A model generated the notes under the pieces. That model saw nothing but the letters and a program-made list of their open reading frames with translations, was not told where the DNA came from and did not search any database. Source: Rhina ancylostomus (taxonomy: Eukaryota). Taken from it: DNA of 64,000 nt. Made by a program: the position numbers and the translations under genes. Positions 1 to 11,439 of the stretch are shown one piece after another; the first letter of the stretch is position 1; each line of letters begins with the position of its first letter. Location: NCBI GenBank assembly GCA_030265395.1, contig JARFYF010000029.1:24516701-24580700 (forward strand), read 5' to 3'.

Positions 1-442
1 ATTGAGGTTAGATGACCAGAAGATTTATTCCAAAATTCCATCCTCAAAAAATAAATTTAACTCTAGCAAGGAAATCATTCACTCACATTTTGAACAATTG
101 CATCATCAGGTAGAACCTCAGAACACAGGGGTTGAGTAGTAAAATTAACAAAACCCAAAATAAAATTTACATATGTATGAAGTTAGAGGGATGTCTTCTT
201 TCCACAAATAATATCTTCCCATTTTAAGAGCAAAATATTTTATTCAAATTTCTCTTTTATTGTTTTTAATTTCTCACTCTATCTTTTGTTGGAAATAATT
301 GCTTCAAATTGTGTCCAATGCTACCACTGGGAACTGCTGGTATTCAGCACTTCCCTGAAAAATCAATCCCAATATTGAGCAGACTAGTTGCAAGTCAGGA
401 ATCTGCTGAATTACTGGTCCGTTGCTGAACTCCACATGGAGT

Positions 443-1113
443 CAGACGAAGGTGAATTTTATTATGCATATCTACTTTTACCGAGTGATGGCTCCTGAGA
501 TATAGAATTGGTCCATATTTTCCAAGGTTTTGTCATGAACCTTTCTTGCAAGAGGGCAGTGGGGGCAGGTGGGTCGATGACCTGGTCTCTGCAGATGTTG
601 AGTGCAAGGCTATAATTGCTCCCTTTTGCTTTGGTGAATGAGTTGATGATGTCTTGGAGCTCAACCATTCAGCATGCACAAACACAAGTATCTGCATTCT
701 GTAGCTTGACTACTGAGGTTCAGGTGAACTTGGTACTGGAATGTAGCTACCATCGGTGGAGTAGTTTTCCTTCAGTTCTGAAAACCAGTTCTACTCCATG
801 AGATGTTTATTGGAGTCAAAGTGCAAAATTGTAGAAAGAAAGATTGAAAAAGCATTGGAGCAATGGCATAGTTTTGTTTTGACACCAGTCTTCACAGTTG
901 TGGACCCATTGGTTAGCAAGCTGCTGTGGAGCAAGTGTAAGATGGAGATGAATTACCACACCAGCCAAATTTGAAGAGAGCATTCCATGGTACCACCTGG
1001 TTGATGGAATCAAAGGATGCAGTAAGATTGAAGGTGGCCAGTGCTGTTCCTTGCATTTTTCATGGAGTTATGGTGTGGTCGTGCCAATTGAAGTCTGGAT
1101 GGATGGAATGCAC
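443..1113 (-). mobile_element. RTE-clade LINE, decayed reverse transcriptase core (inverted segment)
   Basis: Minus-strand remnants TSVVKLQNAD (cf. ELQYADD), ELQDIINSFT..LALNI and VHDKTLENMDQF..YLRSH. Confidence 0.8.
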
Positions 1114-1711
1114 GATTGATGATAAAATTCACTGCCACCTACAACAGACCTGTACAACTTTTGTTTGATTCAGAAAAAGGGTAATTAAAGATTTAGACTC
1201 CAAATCTGGCCCAAAACTCATCTAGCAGGCAGCAGTGACTGGCATCTCAGGGGCTTCCAAGACTTGGAGTACCTATTGAAGGCTTTCTATAGGCAAAGGA
1301 CACAAACTACCAAAGTTGTCTCTGCAAACCCCTCGAAATTCAAGGAAGGATAAGCTGACCAACATCAGCAGCATCCATAGGTGGATCAGCCATTACATAG
1401 CAGGGCAAGTTTGAGTGGTCAGTTGGCCTACTGCCAATCCTATTTTCTTGTGTTCTTGTAACAACCCAAAGTGTAGAAAGAGCAATTAGAATGGTACTGA
1501 GAACCATGAAGAGAACAGAGCAGCACTGTATAAGCAGCAAAAGGAGCATACTATGTCACAAACTAGCACGCACCTACCCAAATGGCCACCACCTACCCCA
1601 TCTATGGGTGAGTTGGTGGTTCCCACATTAGTCTTACTTGCAGCCTCAGAACACAAAACCAGAACAGAAGCAAGACATCTTCAATCCCAGGAGTCTGCCC
1701 AAGAACAACAA
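1114..1711 (+). mobile_element. RTE-clade LINE, 3' end
   Basis: Begins IDDKIHCHLQ..FRKRVIKDLD and ends ...gaagcaagacatcttcaatcccaggagtctgcccaagaacaac, homologous to the 3' end of the copy at ~21100-21238. Confidence 0.78.
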
Positions 1712-2929
1712 TGGCAGACCTAGACTGTGCTGAGCAATCTGCCTCTCCAATCCTACACTAACCAGATTGGGCGAAGGATCAGTGTCCACTTATTTCAATA
1801 GGAATTACTAACCTGGAAATTAGAGGGAAAATGTGCTATTTTAACTAATTGATTTAATATTTTAAAATATTTCTTAGTTTTTAAATGTGTTTTCTACTTA
1901 TTTGAACAATATTTATAACAGTTTCATTATTAAAATTGTTTTATGTAATTTAAATATGGGAATAAGGAGACTATAAACAACTGAGAATTAATAATCACAT
2001 CACTAAAGCAAGAATAGTGGTAATAAAGTGCGATACTGGTTGTTTAAAAAACCCACATTCATGGTAACTAAGCCTGACAAAGATGGAACAGGGCTGATCA
2101 TGAAATATGAAGATACACCGTCAAGTGAAGGAAAAGGATAGCTCAGGAGAATGGTAGTTGACAAGTAAGATCATGAAAAAAAATTTATAAGTCAAAAGGA
2201 AGGATTTCAAGAGGGAGTAAATATGTCCATTGAGAGAAACTGCAAGCAACAGGGCAAAACAGGAGGAAAAGAGATTGAGATTCCAGGGAACAGATGGTGA
2301 CCATCATCTTGGTTAGGAATTGCTTCTTTAAAACTGATGCAAATTACATAAGAAATCTTTTAACCCACAGAGGTTTACCCAGGATGTTTTGTCATAGTCA
2401 TGAAAACATCTCTTCAGTTAAATTAAATTTAATATGGTGAGTAAAGCAAAAGTGCAATTGGCAGAAATGAAAAATCTTACAGCACAGAACAGATGACTGA
2501 AAGCTGAGGGTCATACTTGATGACTTGAAGGTGTTCTGCAAAGCAGTCTACCAATGCATGCTTGGTCCCCCCAATGGGGAAGAAACCATATCTTGACGAA
2601 TATAATGTTCTAAAATTAACTACGTATAAATAAAATCATTGCCTCATCTGGAAATAAGGAATATCTCATTTTGTAATTATGCATATCATGGCCTGCCAGA
2701 CTAAATTAAACTTAAAATAAAAATCAACTAATGAGCATTCCAGTAGTTTCTATTTCCATTTGAGAGGTTAAGCATTATATTCACTTATGATAATTTTAAA
2801 ATATGATTGTATTTTTCCCATTATGCCAATTCTAATTCGATCTTCTTCACTTGTCCTATTACCACACAATTTCACCTAACCTTGCCATCACTATCATTTT
2901 ATGTCTCCTGATTTCCATCATAGATCTCT

Positions 2930-3085
2930 TTCATTCACTTCTCCCCATCCACCTTCCACGAAACCAGTTTATCTGCTACATTTCCCAAGTTTGAAAAAAG
3001 GTCATTGACCTGAAGCTCTTACTCTGCTTTACCCTGCACAACTGGTGCCTGACTTATTGAATATTTCCAGTATTATTTATTCATC
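2930..3085 (+). repeat. Degenerate Penelope-derived terminal repeat fragment
   Basis: aaaggtcattgacctgaag...tgcctgacttattgaatatttccagtattatt resembles the copies at 28258+ and 33056+. Confidence 0.55.
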
Positions 3086-3990
3086 ATCCTAGGCAGGAAT
3101 GGTCTCCTGTTGAGAATCCTTCTCCACATCTGTCTCACTTAAGCTTGTACTGCACTCATTTTCCTTACATTCTAGGAGGAATAGCTACCAATGCATCCAT
3201 GATTTAAAGCACGAGTTTGTTTAGAACTCAAAATCCTGCTCATCTCAACCTGGCAAGCCATTCGGTGTAAATTTCAGNNNNNNNNNNNNNNNNNNNNNNN
3301 NNNNNNNNNNNNNNNNNNNNNNNNNNNNNNNNNNNNNNNNNNNNNNNNNNNNNNNNNNNNNNNNNNNNNNNNNNNNNNNNNNCGGGGGGGCGGGTGTAGT
3401 GGTGGTGGTAGCAGCTCATTTACAGTCATGCAGCCTGTGTACTATTGAAAGTAGTTTCAGCTGAAGCACGATATTAAATAAGCACACTGACAATGTCATG
3501 ACCATCATCTCGGCATACTTTAACAGGCATTAGCAGCACATATGTTCACACTACATACTGTGCAACTAGCAAAGTGCCAAGTACAACTGGACATTATTGC
3601 AGAACTGCCCCACCCGCCACATCCAAAAACTCAACCTTCAGAGCCAGATTATGTACCCGCAGTGCTTGTTCATCTGTTGCCTCTTTTTACATTAATGAAA
3701 GCAACTGTTTATGCCAGTTCTCTCTAGACACCTCTTAAACAGCTGAGGTATACTCCATTAGTTTTATTGCAACTGCTGGGATAACGTTGCTTGGAAGTGG
3801 AGGTCCAAGCCTGAAGCTATTAAGGAGATAGAATTGAACTTCAGGGACATCATAAAATTGGACAACTTGGCAAGGTTTGTCTTAACTTTTAACTCAGTCC
3901 ATAAAAGCTTTCTGAACATTACAGGAACCCATCTGAAAATAATCCTGTAATTATAGCTTCATGTTAAACCAAATAAGTCATTAAGAGCCC

Positions 3991-5418
3991 TAGAATTACA
4001 GAATTGTACAGTATGGAAACAGACCCTTCTGCCTGATTTGCCCATGCTGACCAAGATGCCTATCTGCACTAATCCCATTTTTCTGCCCATATCCCTCTAT
4101 TCCTTTCCTATCCATGTACCTGTCCAAATGCTTTTCAAACACCAATTGTACTTGCCTCTACCACCTCCTCTGGCACCTTGTTCCATGCACTCACCACCTT
4201 CTGTGTGGAAAAACTTGCCCCTCATTTCTCCTTTAAATATTTCCCCTCTCACTTTAAACCCACATCCTCCAGTTTAGGACTCACCTACTGTGGTAAAAAC
4301 TCTATAACTATACCCTATCTATGCCCATCATAATTTTGTCAAATCACCCCTCAGCCTCCAATGAAAACAATAACAGCCCATCCAATCTCTCCATGTAACT
4401 AAAGCCTTCCATTCCAGGCAACATCCTGCTCAATCTCTTCTGCAATCTTCCTAGCAATGCCACATCTCTTTTATGGCACAGCGACCAGAACTGCACACAG
4501 TATTCCAAGTATGATCTAACCAATGTCTTGTACAGCTACAACACTGTCCCAGCTCTTTTACTCAGTACCTTACCTGTGAAGGCAAGCACACTAAACATCT
4601 TCACGATGTTATCTACCTATATCCCAATTTTCAGGGAGCTATGAACGTGCACCCAGAGATCCCTGGCATTTACTGTATATGTCCTGCCAGTATTACATGA
4701 CCCAAAATGTATTACCTCACAATTAGCTGAATTAACTTCTCTCTCTGTGCTCTACCCAATTTTTCAGCTGATCTATGTCCCTCTGTATCCATGGATAATC
4801 ATCCACACTATCTACAACTCCAACAATCTTCATGTCAACAGCAAACATACTTATTAGATATGACAAAGGTCCCAGCACCAATCCTTGTGGTACACCATCA
4901 GTTACAGATTTCCAGACAAAGAAGCAACCCTCCGCCACGACCCCCTGCCTCCTATCACTAAGCCAATTTTGGATCCATTTTACCAAACCACTATTGACAC
5001 AGGGCTCACCTGCCTGTAGATTCCTGGCTTATCCCTACCATTCTTGAATATGGGAACAACATTAGCCACCCTCCATCTTCTGGTACCTCATCCATGGCTG
5101 AAGATGATGCAAAAATCTCCTTCAGAGCCCCAACACTGTCCTCCCTTGCTTCACGCAACACCCTGGAATTATCAGGCCCTGAGGATTCATCCACCTTAAA
5201 TATGTCAATATCTCTAACTCTTCCTCTTTCCTGATCCACATGCTCCAAACCATCAGTAAAGACCTCACCTAACTCTCCATCCTCCCATCCTTCTCCCTGG
5301 TGAATGCAGACATGAAGTATTCATTCAGGGAATATCACCTAGCTCCACACAAAGACTTCCTTCTTGGTCCCTGAGGGGACCTACTATTACACTAGCTACC
5401 CTCTTACTTCCAATATAT
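3991..5418 (-). mobile_element. CR1-clade LINE, 3' part of ORF2 plus tail, internally deleted
   Basis: ORF 4732-4986 gives WIQNWLSDRRQ..V..GVPQGLVLGPL..SMFAVDMKI (RT motifs). ORF 5006-5248 gives SGPD..RVLREARE..EIF..EVPED. The tail is at ~3991. Confidence 0.9.
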
Positions 5419-5420
5419 TC

Positions 5421-6398
5421 TAAAATTTTACTTCAATTTTAATAGCACTTTAAAATAAAACTAAACAAAAATACAAAGACTATTGATTTTAAAAAGAAGG
5501 TAACTTCATTTTGCTTCTGAAATCTTTGCTGTGAAGTCAATGGGACTTCTTCATATCCTGTGCCAGGTCTGACTTGGCACAGGATCAGGGTGGCAATTTC
5601 TTCAATGTGATCCCAACAAACAGGATCCCAAGACCAGACCAGGAGATGCCCCATACTTGCAAGTAAATTTCAAGGAATGGACAAAAAAAGTGCTGTTCCT
5701 GACCTTTACAGCTAATGAAGCAATTGTGGTGCATTAACTATTAAAATACAGTACATTTTATATGAAGCCAAATCAAACCAGGCTTTCAGCATATTTCATT
5801 TATTAATGATTTTTTTTTGTAAAGGATACGCTTATATAATCACCAACGTGAGTTTTATGCATCCACAAACTCAATGTGCAAAAGACTAATCTCTATCTCA
5901 AGCTCTCAAGATCATTGATCTGGGCTTGATTTGAACAGACATTAGTGAAATGAGAGCAGCTTCCAATCTAGAGAGCATTCGGTATTTGTTGAAAGGAATG
6001 GAGAATCTACAACAGTATTGATGCACTGGGCTGAATCGTACTGACTTTGCCGACTTTTCCATTCAGAACCAGCAGTATTCCACTGTCAAAACTCATCTAT
6101 CAGACAGAAGCACAAGTACCAAAGTCCAGGACTCTCTGATAGATTCAGAAAGTTGAATCTGATCAGCTCACTTTGCTGCTGGAATCCACAGAGTTAAATA
6201 GCAGAGTCTGGTCTTGGGATCACACTGAAGAAAACACCACCCTGATCCTGTGCCAAGTCAGACCCGGCACAGGATAGATGCCCCATAGATTTCAATGGGG
6301 ATTCCAGAGCAAAGATTTACAAAACAAAATGAAGTTACCTTTAAAAATTGTTGTTGCATTTTTTATTTAAATCTACTAACATTGAATTAAAATTTTTA
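5421..6398. repeat. Long inverted repeat (fold-back/MITE-like) with ~200-bp arms and internal palindromes
   Basis: 5421-5640 aligns to the reverse complement of 6206-6398. Each arm holds a 31-bp palindrome (5555-5585, 6245-6275). Confidence 0.8.
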
Positions 6399-9300
6399 AT
6401 GCCTTAAAACCCATTAAAGTTAATACTTCAAACCTGCCTCAGTTTTTAACTGTAGTAATCAAGTAAAAATTTTCAAAACTATTGAAGTGGATTTTTCAAA
6501 ATTACAATTTATAGAAATATTTTAAATCTCATTTATCCTCCTAGTACACTAATCAAATCTTCAATTGTGATTAACATCGACACCAGTAACTTTCTGCACT
6601 GAAAACAGCTTAAAGTGTATCGGACATATATTCTTCCTTAACTAAAGCAATGGCAGTTAGGGACATTAGTTTAAACAAAGTAAGTTCCACAATAAAAAAA
6701 AACTGGAAGTAGTTTGAAATAGCAAGGCAGTTCATCCATTTGAGGACAGAATGTTCTGTTGTCAACGATCGGATTAGTCTAGAGGTCACATTAACAAATG
6801 TCTTTTCCTTGACTACAGAAGTGAGAGCACTAAGCAATGCTGACATCACAATTTCAATAGGATTATGGAATTTCAGTAGGATTATGGAAATTGCTATCAG
6901 CAAGATCATTAACTGGTGCAGGTTTGCCTAACTCTCAGGAACTTTTGTTAGATTTTCAAACAATCTTTTTCCCTGCAACAGAAAACTCATGTTTTAAAAC
7001 GTTCGGTTGTCATTTGAGTTTAATCTAATGTTCAAACTTAATCCATTTTATTCCTTTAAAACCTATTATATTTCTTACTGCTTCACATCTTCTAAGGTTA
7101 TGACATCACCAGATCCTGCATCACTTTCATTCATAGCAAGTCCACCTTAGTGTTTATCACATTGTTCTTCCCTCCCAGCCTCCACATCACAAAATTGCCC
7201 TTCTGTTATTGTTCAAAAAATCATTTAAAAATATTATTTATGCAAATGGAAAACCTGATTTTGTAAGACATGTGGGTCAACTGGGGTTAATGTCTATTGG
7301 ATAACTGGCATATTCTGGATTTAAATTTTTATTATTCCAAACAGATGGACTGTATAGATTCTATCCAATTTCTATTCTACCTCATTTCATCCTAAATGAG
7401 GATGCATGAATTATCATATCAGACAGATAGAAGTCTGGATGTTTAATTCTGCAGAAATGTCAGCAGAGATCAAAAGATTGACTTCAAAACACAGGCAAGT
7501 TGGTGATATTATTATTCCCTGCTTACATCCACCTTTTGAGTTGTTCCATTAAGTATTAATACAATCTAGGATTTACCATTCTGAAATAGGCAATATTTTA
7601 AAGCCTTTTACTCAACCATGTACCTTGGAATATTAATAAGTGGTAGTATTTACAGCAGAAAATGTGCAACTTAACATCTCTTTTTGATGCTTCAGCAAAG
7701 ATTATGCACTACACTGTAATTTTAAATTAACTAGTCCTCACTGGAATACAAGCTCCAATACTTTACTCAGTTGTTTTATTATGGCATAAATACAGATTGG
7801 TTCAGTATCACTTCTCTTGACTGCATTGCCAATTTATACATAGTATACAAGAACACACAGATGATTCATTCACACTTTCACAAGGAAAGCCAACTCCAGT
7901 CCCTTGGCTACTCACACATGCAGAAGCAATATAAGACAACTCAATTCTCACTGGAGGTTCACAGTACTAAAAATACCCTGCCTCCTGTATAATCATCCCA
8001 CAAAAGTTCCTTATCACGCAAATGTAGAGCAGGGCTTTGTCTGAACATGCATTTGCAGGTTATTTTTCTAAATCTATAACACTGCTCATTAAGTGCTCTA
8101 CTACTTTCTTCCAGTGGGATAAATAGCTCAAAGCTACCTCTATCCCCTACCACATTTACCTCGTAACTAAACTAATTTGGTTTACGTTTTGTCTTCTAGA
8201 TATGATCTATCCTTGTTATTTCCAGTCCTTTGTTCTTTGGGGCTTTCTAACGTTGAATCAGTACCAGAAGCTTCCAGAATATGGAATCTTAGAATTAATT
8301 AGGTAGTTCAATATTGTATTGAATTTAGTATTATAAGACCATTTAGAAGTTTCATGAAGTTGTCAGCGATTCATTTTTTTTGTCAAAGGCGGCTTTTGTC
8401 TGCAATGGGAAATAAAAACTTGCAATACATGTTTAAAATTTGACACAAATAACACTTTATTGATATATTGTATTTCAGTTGAAGAAATTGATCGTGTCAA
8501 AACTAAATAATTTAAGTTGGACAACAAATCCGAATGTTCCAAGCTATCGACTACGTGGATAATAAAACATGTGTTTCTCAACTTTGTTATCTCAAATTAG
8601 TACAATATTTCAGATAAATTATAATTTATGAAGCATAAATATTATGACAAATGATAACTATTTTTATAAAGTACTTTGGAACTGATATAACAGGTGTTGG
8701 GGACAACTTTTACATCCATATAATGAGTGAAATTAATGCATTCATAATATATTTCTTGGGGACATGGTCATGCCCACAGTATACTTGCTTCATGTCACAT
8801 TGCAGTCTTGATACACTTACATTGTTTATCCATGGAACCTCATTAAACTCTCCCAGCTGAGCTATGGACTTAAAACAAAAAACTGCAATGTGTATCAATC
8901 CCTTCCAATTCTGGCAACTGCTTGAAAATTCAAAAGAATGCCTGGGATACAAGCCTTTGTGTGCAGATTGATTTTTATCCAATCATCTTAAAGCTGAGTT
9001 TATCTTGTGTAAGAAAAAGGATATACCGTCACACATCACTTACCATCTTCTGGTCTTGCAAGGTTATTGATCACTTTACAAAACAATGTACTTCAATCTC
9101 ATTGGACTTCTGACCATGATTTCAATATAAATCCCTTTACAAATGTTGCATATGATGGTGTTCAACAATAAATGTATTTTAATAACAACAGCACTTTATT
9201 TTCATGGAGATATCTTGGGATGAACAAGGCTTCCCTTTCATGAAAGGTACCATGGGCTATAAGTAGTAGGGAAGCAGAACATTTCATAAGAAACGTAGTT

Positions 9301-9479
9301 CAAAAATGAAAGACTATTCTGCAGAGCAGCACAAGGCCAGTGCAAATAGTTGTTGCATTCCCTCAGCAAAAGCAGAGAGCAAAGAATAAAATCTCCAAGA
9401 AAACTGACCTACTTCTTTCAGCATTACATTTTCTCACCCCTGTAGAATGAACCCTATCTTCACTTATTACTACAAAGAA

Positions 9480-9900
9480 AAATGCCATTTGGCCCTCCCC
9501 ATTAACCCCTCCCGATTTGCATGTACTCCTGAACTTATTCTCTCTCACATGCAGATCAACAACACCTTTATTCCTTTGCCATTAATCTACACCAAGGAGT
9601 TATCTCAGAGGCCAAATAACCTACCAGTACTTCTTTAGGGTGTGGGAAGAAAGCTAGAGCACGTGGTTACGGGAAAAAAATGCAAGTTCGATAAAGATAG
9701 CACCCAGAGTTAGGATCAAATTCAGGTCCCTGAAGCTGTACTGGATGATGTTGGACACATGGTTATTGGATCATTGTACAAAGCAATGTAATTCAATCAT
9801 ATTGGATTCCTGACAATGGATTCAATACAAATTCCTTTACAAAAGGTATACAAGATGGTGTTCACTGGCATTGGTGTTAACTGCTCTACTACCACACTGA
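9480..9900 (-). mobile_element. V-domain SINE (HE1-like), interrupted near its head
   Basis: tgtgggaagaaagctagagcac is the reverse complement of the V-core GTGCTCCGGTTTCCTCCCACA. A B-box-like ggatcaaattcaggtcc follows. Confidence 0.7.
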
Positions 9901-10249
9901 ATGGAAAAGGGTGGAATAAAGCAAGAGGTCATTTGAAGCTGCACAAGAGGTCATTTGAACTGCTGTCTGTGTTCTGGCTATAAACATGTCCCACAGCCAG
10001 CTTCTTCCACAAGCATCATTCTCTTCCTTGTTCACAGTCTAAACCCTTCAGAAAGTTTACAACATTGGTGTATGTGTCACAAAGCATAGTCTTCATCTAC
10101 ACCAACTAAAACACAAAATTTTCACTCCACCTCCATAATTTTGCCTGACCTCCTTCCCCTAGATTAATTCACCTGTTGCTGAAAGCCTCTCTCTGCCTTG
10201 GCTCTCCTGGTTAATTTCCACATCAGAAAATTTTTCCAGAACTCAATCT

Positions 10250-10720
10250 TTTAGCTCATTACAAGTACCATTCACCTATTATGCCTGTGCTTGCTTACCT
10301 ATGGCCCCTATTCCAACAACCTCAAATATTACAATCTTCTTGCTTGTTTCCAAGTCCTTCCATGACCTTGTCTTCCCTCACCAACAAATACCACTACTTT
10401 ACCAAAAGCCCCACTTCTGCAAATTCCTCCAAATCTCTGCATGCTTTCAATGCTGCTCTCTTGCAAATTCAAGATATTTAAATGTTCCATCACTGGCAAC
10501 TGTGCTTTCAGCTGCCTTGGCTGCAAGCTCTGGAATTCCCCTCACAGAGAACTCTGACTCTCTCGCTTTTTCTAATGATCCTCAAAACTTATGCCATGCC
10601 CCTGAGCTCTCTTTCAATGGCTTAGCATCAAATTTTATGCTTGGTACCAATCCTGTTATGCACCTTGAAGCTTTTCTTTTATTGGAGATATTTAAAAAAG
10701 CAAATTGTTTTTAGAACCCT
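10250..10720 (+). mobile_element. L2-like LINE 3' fragment
   Basis: ITIFLLVSKSFHDLV resembles the L2 C-terminal motif FKILILVFKSLHGLAP. Confidence 0.6.
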
Positions 10721-11439
10721 GCAAATTAGATTTCTGCAAGCACTTAGTCAATAACCTCTTGAAATGAATGCGATTTGATTTCACCATTAGGTAGTGCAAT
10801 CCAAAACATAACAATCATCCATATGAAATGAATTTCTCGCCTTCCCCTATCATGATGGGACAAATTTTTTGCAAAAATCTCCAATAGATTTGCTTACAGA
10901 AGTGCTAAGAGCAAGGTCAATTTTCAGGCATGAGGCTGTAACACCAGAATAATGAGCCTGTTGAAATCAATGGTGAAAATAACAACTGCTGGAAAAAAGT
11001 TAAAAGGTTTTTATCCAAATTAATTAGTTTAAATATTTTGATTGATCATGCAGGAGAACAAAGAGTCTGAGCATGCTTCTACTCTTGTAAGTTTAAATAT
11101 TAATATTATAAATTTTATAACACTTTCTAATTTTCAACAAATGACTATGAACCTTTGTGACAGTAGGTTTGCCAGCTAAGAGCTGGGGGACTGGGCCTCT
11201 TCACTGTCAATGCCATTCTTATCCCTACAGCCAACCAACCATGAGTCAAAAGGAACCCTGCACCTTCCCAGTGTGTTGGAAACCAGGCCCCCAACAGAAA
11301 AGTGCATTTTGGACCACATTCGAGGAAGTATCTTGTCCAAGGCACAGGTGACCAGCAAACACAGAGCACTGGAGGATCTGCCCCATGAAATCTATGACCT
11401 CTGGTCACTGATCCCTCTTGCTCCATCAAAGCCCTTCAA

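Noticed and set aside
6851-6888. 19-bp tandem duplication; also (GAATT)5 at 46851-46875
   Set aside because: Ordinary slippage repeats. There is no repeat-spacer structure, so they are not CRISPR-like.
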